From assembly GCA_037381445.1 (NCBI GenBank), contig JARRQT010000021.1:1-13581 (forward strand): a DNA stretch of 13,581 bases. The letters are read 5' to 3'. Positions 1 to 7,449 of the stretch are shown in pieces. A program made the position numbers and the translations under genes. The stretch's first letter is position 1, and every line of letters starts with the position of its first letter. Source of the DNA: Calditrichia bacterium. Lineage in GTDB: Bacteria > Calditrichota > Calditrichia > RBG-13-44-9. Under the pieces are notes generated by a model, which saw only the letters and a list, made by a program, of their open reading frames with translations, was not told the DNA's origin and ran no database searches.

Positions 1-1243
1 ATTCAGTGATTTTCCAGTTCGTCCGGTACATATACTCAACGACGGTAATGTTGACATTTTCTTTTTCTTTATTGTTACGCAGCTCAATTCCGATGGTCTG
101 CTGTTCGGAGCGCTCCGATAATTTCTTGCGGTCAACCACGGTGCGCTCGCCCACCAGATCGAATGCGTTGCCCACGGTTGCCTTTACTTCTTCGTTCCGG
201 GGCGTATGGTCAATCCGGTCCTCACCGATAAATTCCAGACCTTCTTTGTCTTTCTGGTAAATCCGGAAGATGCCGGCCGGCAGCGCCATTCCCAATCCTG
301 CAGCTTTATCGTTCCTGAATACGATCCGTACTTCCACCTTGGTGGGATCCTGGCTGGCATCATAAAAATATTTCTTGTCAAATTTCACAGTCGCCGGCTG
401 AAAGAGGGAAATCTGCTTCGTCTGGTTATTTTTGAGAGTCGTCGGCCTGCCCAGATCATAAATATGATATTCGAAAAGTCCTCGTTCTTCAAATTGAGGA
501 GGAGCCGCCGCCGATTCCAGAGCCATCCTGCCGAATTTGGGCTGGGGCTGGGCGGAAGGCGCCCGGTGAACTTCTCCCGCAACCAGTTTCAGATGGGCGT
601 CATTAAAAGTAGCGCCGCACTTGTTATCAACGGAGACCCAGGAATCCAGATTGATGGTGCCGGAATTTTCATTCAGCACACCCACGTACTCCGCACTCCA
701 GCTCATGCCGTTGGTGAGATAACTCACCTCCAGGTCTTCCTTGCCTTCCGCCACGCCTGTTACATCCCAGATCAGCGTGGGGCGTGTAATCAGACCTTCC
801 GGCAGTTCCTTCACATCCACAGAAGTTTTATCATTCCATGGGATCAGCTTTATCCCTTCACTTGTTTTCAGAACCAGAGTGCTGGCGGATTTGCTCAGCA
901 GCGTACCATTGACCAGTTCGCCGTTCTCACGGATCAAAGACACGGGATGATCGACATATTTTTCCAATATTTTATCGGCACTTACCAAATCATATTCAAA
1001 ATTCTGCTCGAGAACCTGGAAATTTTTGTCGCCATTCGCCGCCCGCAAATGAACAGAGGATGGAATAAGCTGTGCCGCAACATCGGTGAATTTCAGAGGT
1101 GTTCCCTTTTTGATTTCCAGACTCCTGACCTGCTTAACCAGGGCAAGATTTTCATTATACACCGTCACATAATTATCATCCGCATAAAGCGAAGCAGTCA
1201 AAAGAACAAGCGAAACGATAAATAAGGCAACTACGGATTTCAT
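1..1243 (-). CDS. DUF4139-family (COG5316-like) secreted protein, 3' end truncated by the window edge
   Basis: Translated by hand from the ATG at 1243: MKSVVALFIVSLVLLTASLYA|DDNYVTVYNENLALVKQVRSL...VLEQNFEYDLVS..ILEKY...GLITRPTL.W...SYLTNGMSWSAEY...LKLVAGEVHR...LFEYHIYDL.RPTTLKNNQTKQI...FIGEDRIDHTP..E...GNAFDL. The frame stays open to position 2 (414 codons). It has a signal-peptide-like N-terminus and an AAGGAG RBS (1250-1255) overlapping the valS stop. It is absent from the ORF track, presumably because no stop lies in the window. Confidence 0.85.
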   Translation of the reverse strand, partial: MKSVVALFIVSLVLLTASLYADDNYVTVYNENLALVKQVRSLEIKKGTPLKFTDVAAQLIPSSVHLRAANGDKNFQVLEQNFEYDLVSADKILEKYVDHPVSLIRENGELVNGTLLSKSASTLVLKTSEGIKLIPWNDKTSVDVKELPEGLITRPTLIWDVTGVAEGKEDLEVSYLTNGMSWSAEYVGVLNENSGTINLDSWVSVDNKCGATFNDAHLKLVAGEVHRAPSAQPQPKFGRMALESAAAPPQFEERGLFEYHIYDLGRPTTLKNNQTKQISLFQPATVKFDKKYFYDASQDPTKVEVRIVFRNDKAAGLGMALPAGIFRIYQKDKEGLEFIGEDRIDHTPRNEEVKATVGNAFDLVGERTVVDRKKLSERSEQQTIGIELRNNKEKENVNITVVEYMYRTNWKITE

Positions 1244-1253
1244 TTTATGCTCC

Positions 1254-3932
1254 TTAGTTTAATTGATTTAGGTTCGCTTTCAGTTTTTCCATCTTTTCCC
1301 GGAAGTTATCCAATTTTTCCTTCTCCTGCTTCACAACTTCCTGAGGGGCACGGGTGAGAAATTGCTCATTGGACAATTTCTTTGTCAATCCTGCTATCTG
1401 TCCCTCTAGGCGCTGAATTTCTTTTCCCAGACGGTTTTTCTCCACTTCCAGATCGATCAGTCCCGCCAGGGGAATAAAAATTTCTGCATTTTCCACTACT
1501 GCCACGGCGGCTGCACGGACCTTTTCCCCGGCCGGAATCTGTTCGATGGTTTCGACCCTGGCCAGTTGTTTCACATAATGTGAATTTTCCATGATCAGGC
1601 GGGTTTTTGCTTCATCCTCCAGCTTGAACTTGAGTTCTGCCTTGCTGGACGGCGGCACATTCATTTCCGAGCGGATATTTCGCACCGCGCTGATGATATT
1701 CTGCGTGAGGGTCATTTCCGCTTCGGCTTTGTCGGAAATCAATTCTTTTTTGGCATCCGGCCAGGCGGAAACCACAATACTCTTGGATTCCCCGGAGCAG
1801 AGCCGCTGGTAAATTTCCTCGCTGATAAACGGAATATAAGGATGCAGCAAATCCATCGCGGTCTTCATGATATGAACCGCAATGGACCTGGCGGTCTGCC
1901 GCTCAACCGCATCGGCGTCCTGCACCAGACGGGGTTTGATCAATTCCAGATACCAGTCACAGAATTCATGCCAGAAGAAATGATAAACCGCAGAGAGGGA
2001 ATCGTTGAGGCGGAAATTATCCAGATTGGCTCCCACCGCCTCAATTGTTTTCTGCAGCCGGCTCAAAATCCAGCGGTCCGCCAATTGATAATGGTCCTCA
2101 TAATCCAGATAATTATCCTCCGGCTCATCAAGATTCATGGCCAGGAACCGGTACGCATTCCAGATTTTGTTGGAGAAATTTCTTCCCATTTCGAAATGGG
2201 ATTCAGCCAGGTTTATATCCTGTCCCTCGGAACTCAGCATGATCAGCGTGAACCGCATGGCATCGGCGCTGAATTTATCAATAATTTCCACCGGATCGAT
2301 GCCGTTGCCCAGCGACTTGCTCATCTTGCGGCCTTTTTGATCGCGGACGATACCATTCAAATAGACATCCCGAAACGGGATTTCCTGCATGAATTCGAGC
2401 CCGGACATCACCATGCGCGCCACCCAGAAAAAGATAATATCGGGACCGGTGACCAGCAGATCCGTGGGATAGAAGTAGCGCAGGTCGGGCGTTTCCTCCG
2501 GCCAGCCCAGCGTGGAAAACGGCCACAGCCAGGAACTGAACCAGGTATCCAGCACATCTTCATCCTGTTTCCAGTTGTGGCCGCCGCATTTTTCGCAGGT
2601 TTCCGGCGGCTCCTGCGACGCAACCATCTGGTCGCATTCCTGGCAGTAATAGACCGGAATGCGGTGCCCCCACCACAACTGCCGGCTGATGCACCAGTCG
2701 CGGATGTTCTCCAGCCAGTTGATGTAGGTTTTCAGCCAGCGCTCCGCCGGATGTATTTTCAGACGTCCGTCGTTCACCACTTCGATGGCCGGTTTGGCCA
2801 GCTCCTTCATTTTGACAAACCATTGTTCGGAAAGCAGCGGTTCGATCACCGTATCGCAGCGATGGCAATGCCCCACGCTGTGATGATGTTCTTCAATTTT
2901 AAGCAAAAGCCCCTGCGCTTCCAGATCGGCCACCACCTTTTTGCGAGCCGCAAAACGGTCCATGCCGGCATAGGCACCGGCCCGCTCATTGAGCGTGGCA
3001 TCGTTATTCAAAATATTGATGGAGCGCAAGTTGTGCCGTTTTCCGATCTCAAAATCGTTGGGATCGTGGGCCGGGGTTACCTTCACGGCGCCGGTCCCAA
3101 ACTCGGGATCCACCTGCCGGTCAGGCACGATGGGTATCTCCCTGTTCATCAGCGGGAGAATGGCGGTTTTCCCGATCAATTTTTTGTAGCGGCCGTCCTC
3201 CGGGTGCACCGCAATCGCCGTATCGCCCAGCATGGTTTCGGGACGGGTGGTGGCAACAATCAGGAACTCATCACTGTCCTTCACCGGATATTTGATATAC
3301 CACAGGTGGCCGGTTACTTCTTTATATTCCACTTCCTCGTCCGAAATAGCCGTTCCGCAGCGCGGACACCAGTTGATAATATATTTCCCCTTATATATAA
3401 GCCCTTTGTTGTACAGGCGGATGAACACTTCGCGGACGGCCCGGGATAGCCCTTCGTCCATGGTAAATCGCTCCCGCCGCCAGTCGCAGGAACATCCCAT
3501 CTTCTTGAGCTGGAAGATGATGCGGTTGCCGTACTGCTCTTTCCACTCCCACACTTTTTCCACAAATGCCTCGCGGCCCAGATCGAACCGGGATTGATTC
3601 GTTTTGCGAAGTTCCTTTTCCACCACATTTTGGGTGGCGATGCCGGCGTGGTCCGTCCCCGGCAGCCACAGCGCTTCAAATCCCTGTTTCCTCCTGTAGC
3701 GAATATAAATGTCCTGAATGGTGTTGTTGTATGCATGTCCCATGTGCAGCGCTGCCGTCACATTGGGAGGCGGAATCACGATGGTGAAAGGCTTTTTGTC
3801 AGAATTCACATCGGCGTTGAACAGCCCCTTGTCAACCCACTCCTGATACCAGTGTTCTTCCACGTCTTCGGGATCGTATACCTTTGGAATATCGGCAGAC
3901 TGCCTGTACTTAGATTCTGATCCTTCCATCAA
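1254..3932 (-). CDS. valS: Valine--tRNA ligase
   Basis: 892-aa ORF with PPPNVT..LHMGHA (HIGH), GTDHAGIATQ, ATTRPETMLGD editing domain, DWCISRQLWWGHRIP, DVLDTWFSS, KMSKS and a C-terminal coiled-coil arm. Start is TTG 3932 or ATG 3929, with AAGGA just upstream. Confidence 0.98.
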   Translation of the reverse strand: MMEGSESKYRQSADIPKVYDPEDVEEHWYQEWVDKGLFNADVNSDKKPFTIVIPPPNVTAALHMGHAYNNTIQDIYIRYRRKQGFEALWLPGTDHAGIATQNVVEKELRKTNQSRFDLGREAFVEKVWEWKEQYGNRIIFQLKKMGCSCDWRRERFTMDEGLSRAVREVFIRLYNKGLIYKGKYIINWCPRCGTAISDEEVEYKEVTGHLWYIKYPVKDSDEFLIVATTRPETMLGDTAIAVHPEDGRYKKLIGKTAILPLMNREIPIVPDRQVDPEFGTGAVKVTPAHDPNDFEIGKRHNLRSINILNNDATLNERAGAYAGMDRFAARKKVVADLEAQGLLLKIEEHHHSVGHCHRCDTVIEPLLSEQWFVKMKELAKPAIEVVNDGRLKIHPAERWLKTYINWLENIRDWCISRQLWWGHRIPVYYCQECDQMVASQEPPETCEKCGGHNWKQDEDVLDTWFSSWLWPFSTLGWPEETPDLRYFYPTDLLVTGPDIIFFWVARMVMSGLEFMQEIPFRDVYLNGIVRDQKGRKMSKSLGNGIDPVEIIDKFSADAMRFTLIMLSSEGQDINLAESHFEMGRNFSNKIWNAYRFLAMNLDEPEDNYLDYEDHYQLADRWILSRLQKTIEAVGANLDNFRLNDSLSAVYHFFWHEFCDWYLELIKPRLVQDADAVERQTARSIAVHIMKTAMDLLHPYIPFISEEIYQRLCSGESKSIVVSAWPDAKKELISDKAEAEMTLTQNIISAVRNIRSEMNVPPSSKAELKFKLEDEAKTRLIMENSHYVKQLARVETIEQIPAGEKVRAAAVAVVENAEIFIPLAGLIDLEVEKNRLGKEIQRLEGQIAGLTKKLSNEQFLTRAPQEVVKQEKEKLDNFREKMEKLKANLNQLN

Positions 3933-4004
3933 AATGATTCCTTATTCTCGTTTTATAATTCATTGATTTAAATCTTTTCGGTTTAACTTCTTAATAAACT
4001 TTCA

Positions 4005-4033
4005 AATATAACATAATGCACATGGATATGCAA
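4005..4033 (-). promoter_or_regulatory. Putative sigma70 promoter of valS
   Basis: Minus strand reads TTGCAT (4033-4028), 17-nt spacer, TATATT (4010-4005), with a TGn extended -10, about 70 nt upstream of the valS start. Confidence 0.6.
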
Positions 4034-4216
4034 AATGTACAAATTAAAATGATTGCGTCCGAAATAACAGATTTTTCGGGATGATTACAGGGAATAGATT
4101 TATACACCACACATTCATAAACCGCCGGAAAGGGGGAATTTAAAAAAGTTAAACAGCAGTGGGGTCAGCCGGTTCCCTGCCATGTGATGGCTTCCGGCAT
4201 TCAATCCGGGAAATTT

Positions 4217-5671
4217 TCAAACTTTCAGTTTCCGGGTAATCATCTTCCTGACCATTTGCGGATCAGCCTGCCCCTTTGATTTTTTCATCACCTGTCCCAT
4301 TAAAAAATCAACGGGTTTGAGGGAACCCTGCCGGATGATCTCCGCAATCTCGGAATTTTCCGCAATAACATCATCAACCAGCTTCTCGAGAATCCCGGCA
4401 TCCTGTATGGATTGCAGTCCCTTTTGTTTGATAAGTTCTTCCGGTTCCCCGCCCTTTTCCAGCATCTCCGCCAGAACGGATTTCCCGATATTATCGGATC
4501 TCTTTCCCACCGAAAGCAGATTAACCAGCGCCGCCAACTGCCGAGGCCGCACCGCGCATTCCGCCAGGGACAGGGAAGCCGCATTCAGAAGTCCGAAAAG
4601 CTCCACCGTCAGCCATCTCACCAGGCGTCTGGCATCCGAAGTGTAGTTCAGGCATTCTTCAAAATAATCTGCTGCGTCCCTGTCTTTTGTGAGCACAATT
4701 GCATCATTTAGACCAATGCCATACTTCCCGACCAGGGATTTAATACGCTGGTCCGGTAATTCGGGTATCCCCTGCCGGATGTCCTCCAGCAATTTTTCCG
4801 GAATGCTCACCGCTAGCAGATCGGGATCGGGAAAATAGCGGTAGTCCGGCGCATCTTCCTTGCTGCGCATGGGACGGGTGATTTTCTTCGCCTCATCGAA
4901 CAGCCGGGTTTCCTGAGCGATGGTTTTGCCCGCATCCAGAATTTTCGACTGCCTTTTGATTTCATATTCCAGCGCTTCGCTGATGAATTTGAAGGAAGTC
5001 ATATTTTTCAGCTCCACCCGGTTCCCGAATTCCGGGGAATTCCTGCGGCGCAGCGAAATATTCACATCGCAGCGAAACTGTCCTTTCTCAATGCCGGCAT
5101 CGCTGACCTCGATGTAACGCAGAATCTGCTGAATCTTCTGCAGATAATCCTTTGCCTGTTCCACGGAATGCAGCGGATTACGTTCATGATCGGCCACTAT
5201 TTCAATCAGCGGCACGCCGGCACGGTTATAATCCGCCAGGCTGTAATCAGCCGTTTCAAGGGAATCCGAAGAATGCACCAGTTTGCCGGCATCTTCCTCC
5301 AAATGAATGCGTTTGATGCCCACCGGATAAGGATTGTCGTCTTCTCCGGCCACACTCAGATAACCTTCCTCGCAAAGGGGAAGCTCATACTGCGAAATCT
5401 GATATCCCTTGGGAAGATCCGGGTAAAAATAATTCTTCCGCGCAAAACGCGAATTTGGATTGATACGGCAATGCAAGGCCAGCCCGGCTTTGATGCAAAA
5501 TTCTACCGCGCTGCGGTTCAGGACCGGCAGCGCACCCGGCTGACCGGTACAAACGGGACAGATATGCGTGTTGGGTTCCGCATCGGTCGTGACCGCGCAA
5601 TTGCAGAATAATTTCGTGCGGATCTTCAGTTCCGCATGAGTTTCAAAACAGATAATCGCTTCATATTTCAT
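4217..5671 (-). CDS. gatB: Asp/Glu-tRNA(Asn/Gln) amidotransferase subunit B (divergent)
   Basis: 484 aa with ETH12, KLFCNC..CPVC.GQPGALP.LN, RKNYFYPDLPKGYQISQ, IHLEEDAGK, DYNRAGVPLIEIV, RCDVNIS, QETR, MRSKEDAPDYRYFPDPDL and a C-terminal YqeY-like domain (FLMGQVMKKSKGQADP). Confidence 0.97.
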   Translation of the reverse strand: MKYEAIICFETHAELKIRTKLFCNCAVTTDAEPNTHICPVCTGQPGALPVLNRSAVEFCIKAGLALHCRINPNSRFARKNYFYPDLPKGYQISQYELPLCEEGYLSVAGEDDNPYPVGIKRIHLEEDAGKLVHSSDSLETADYSLADYNRAGVPLIEIVADHERNPLHSVEQAKDYLQKIQQILRYIEVSDAGIEKGQFRCDVNISLRRRNSPEFGNRVELKNMTSFKFISEALEYEIKRQSKILDAGKTIAQETRLFDEAKKITRPMRSKEDAPDYRYFPDPDLLAVSIPEKLLEDIRQGIPELPDQRIKSLVGKYGIGLNDAIVLTKDRDAADYFEECLNYTSDARRLVRWLTVELFGLLNAASLSLAECAVRPRQLAALVNLLSVGKRSDNIGKSVLAEMLEKGGEPEELIKQKGLQSIQDAGILEKLVDDVIAENSEIAEIIRQGSLKPVDFLMGQVMKKSKGQADPQMVRKMITRKLKV

Positions 5672-5703
5672 GCATCACATACCTTCGGGATCTTTGCTTC
5701 TGA

Positions 5704-7149
5704 TTAATTACCGGCACCTTTCGCAATTTCATAGCCATGCCCGATTCTCAGAATCGTGGCCTCGTCAAATGCTTTGCCGATGAGCTGAAAAGCAACCGGA
5801 AGCCCTTCAACAGACCCGCAGTTGACGCTCAGGCCCGGCAAGCCGGCCAGGTTAATAGATACCGTGTAAATATCTTCCAGATACATCTGCAGGGGATCGC
5901 CGCTTTTTTCTCCAAGTTTGAATGGCAGTGAGGGCGTTACCGGTGCCAGGATGCAGTCCACTTTTTGGAAGGCCTCATCGAAATCCTTTTTGATGAGCTG
6001 GCGGACCTTTTGCGCTTTCAAATAATAGGCATCGTAATATCCGGTGGAGAGCACGAATGAGCCCAGCATGATGCGCCGCTTTACCTCATTGCCGAACCCG
6101 TAACTGCGGGTCTCCTCATACATGGTTTGGATATCACTGATATTTTTCCTTTCCCTGAAGCCGTATCGCACGCCATCATAACGGGCCAGGTTGCTGCTGG
6201 CTTCCGCCGTCGCGATCAGGTAATAGGTGCACACCGCATATTTTGTGTGCGGCAGTGAAACGTCAACCAGCGAAGCGCCCTGGTCGCGCAGCAGCCCGGC
6301 GGCCTGCATGATGCGTTCATTCACCCGGGCGTCGAGCCCTTCCACAAAATATTCCCGCGGCAAACCAATCCTCATTCCTTTCAATCCCTCGCTGAGTACG
6401 GTCAGATAATCAGGGACCGGGATGTCGGCGGAGGTTGAATCCCGGTTGTCATGCCCGCTGATGACGTTTAGAAGCAGCGCGCAGTCTTCCACAGTCCGCC
6501 CCAGCGCCCCGATTTGGTCCAGCGAGCTCGCATAGGAAATCAGCCCGAAACGGGGCACCCGGCCGTAGGTGGGTTTGATGCCAGCCACGCCGCAATAGGC
6601 AGCCGGCATTCTCACCGATCCGCCGGTATCGGTTCCCAGGGCCAGGATGGTTTCGCCGGCAGCCACCGCGGCAGCCGATCCGCCGCTGGATCCGCCCGCT
6701 ACGTATTCCGGATTCACCGGATTCCGGGTAGCGCCGAAGGCACTTTTTTCAGTCGATGAACCCATCCCGAATTCATCCAGATTGGTTTTCCCGACTATCA
6801 CGGCGCCGGCATCCAGTATCCTATGGACAGCGGTGGCATGATAAGGGGGAACATAACCGCGCAGCATATCGGAGGCGCAGGTGGTGGGGATTCCTTTCGT
6901 GCACAGGTTATCCTTGAGTGCAATGGGTATCCCGTCGATGCCGGAGAGCGCTTTTCCTCTGCTGATGCGCCTGTCCGCTTCCGCTGCCTGCTCCCGTGCG
7001 CTGTCCCGAGTTTGGGTGATATAGGCGTTGATCGTGGGCTCCCGCTCATCTATCCTCCGGAACACCGATTGGGCAACCTCCGTGGAAGTGGTTTTACCTT
7101 CTCTCAGCAGAGCGGCCAGTTGCGTAGCGCTGTAGTCACATAATTCCAT
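5704..7149 (-). CDS. gatA: Asp/Glu-tRNA(Asn/Gln) amidotransferase subunit A
   Basis: 481 aa with the amidase signature (IALKDN, GKTNLDEFGMGSSTE, GGSSGGSAAAVA, TDTGGSVRMPA) and GatA-type motifs AEASSNLARYDGVRYG, EVKRRIMLG, GYYDAYYLKAQKVR. It starts 3 nt after the aspS-gatC stop. Confidence 0.97.
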   Translation of the reverse strand: MELCDYSATQLAALLREGKTTSTEVAQSVFRRIDEREPTINAYITQTRDSAREQAAEADRRISRGKALSGIDGIPIALKDNLCTKGIPTTCASDMLRGYVPPYHATAVHRILDAGAVIVGKTNLDEFGMGSSTEKSAFGATRNPVNPEYVAGGSSGGSAAAVAAGETILALGTDTGGSVRMPAAYCGVAGIKPTYGRVPRFGLISYASSLDQIGALGRTVEDCALLLNVISGHDNRDSTSADIPVPDYLTVLSEGLKGMRIGLPREYFVEGLDARVNERIMQAAGLLRDQGASLVDVSLPHTKYAVCTYYLIATAEASSNLARYDGVRYGFRERKNISDIQTMYEETRSYGFGNEVKRRIMLGSFVLSTGYYDAYYLKAQKVRQLIKKDFDEAFQKVDCILAPVTPSLPFKLGEKSGDPLQMYLEDIYTVSINLAGLPGLSVNCGSVEGLPVAFQLIGKAFDEATILRIGHGYEIAKGAGN

Positions 7150-7152
7150 TTT

Positions 7153-7449
7153 TTATCCCTGCAAAATTTTCGGCACTTTGATATACTTCCCATCCGTTTC
7201 GGGCGCGTTTTTTAAAATGTCTTGAGAAATTCCGGGATCGCTCGGCTCATCCTCCCGCCACACATTATTCTTCTCCAGCACATGATGCATGGGCGGGATT
7301 TCATCCGTATTCAGTTCATTCAGCATTTCTACATACTGCAGAATGCGGTTGAGGTCCTTTTTATAGGCATCCCTTTCTTTCTTATTCAGTTGCAGCCGCG
7401 ATAATTTCGCCACATGCTCAACCTGTTGACTGCTTATTTTTTCAATCAT
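7153..7449 (-). other. gatC: GatC domain within the aspS fusion ORF
   Basis: MIEKISSQQVEHVAKLSRLQL...DLNRILQYVEMLNELNTDEIPPMHH....NVWREDEP......ILKNAPETDGKYIKVPKIL matches the GatC pattern (V.HVA.LARL, L..IL.Y...L.ELDT..V.P, REDE, L.NAP...G.F.VPK). It is 98 aa and sits in the usual gatC position directly before gatA. Confidence 0.93.

Noticed and set aside
206..1225. 339-aa plus-strand ORF
   Set aside because: Antisense shadow of the DUF4139 gene, with no recognisable motifs.
1842..3449. 535-aa plus-strand ORF
   Set aside because: Lies wholly antisense to valS; a typical codon-bias shadow ORF with no family features.
4168..4198. Hairpin after gatB as a terminator
   Set aside because: The stem is interrupted and the U-tract is about 20 nt away, so it cannot be called.
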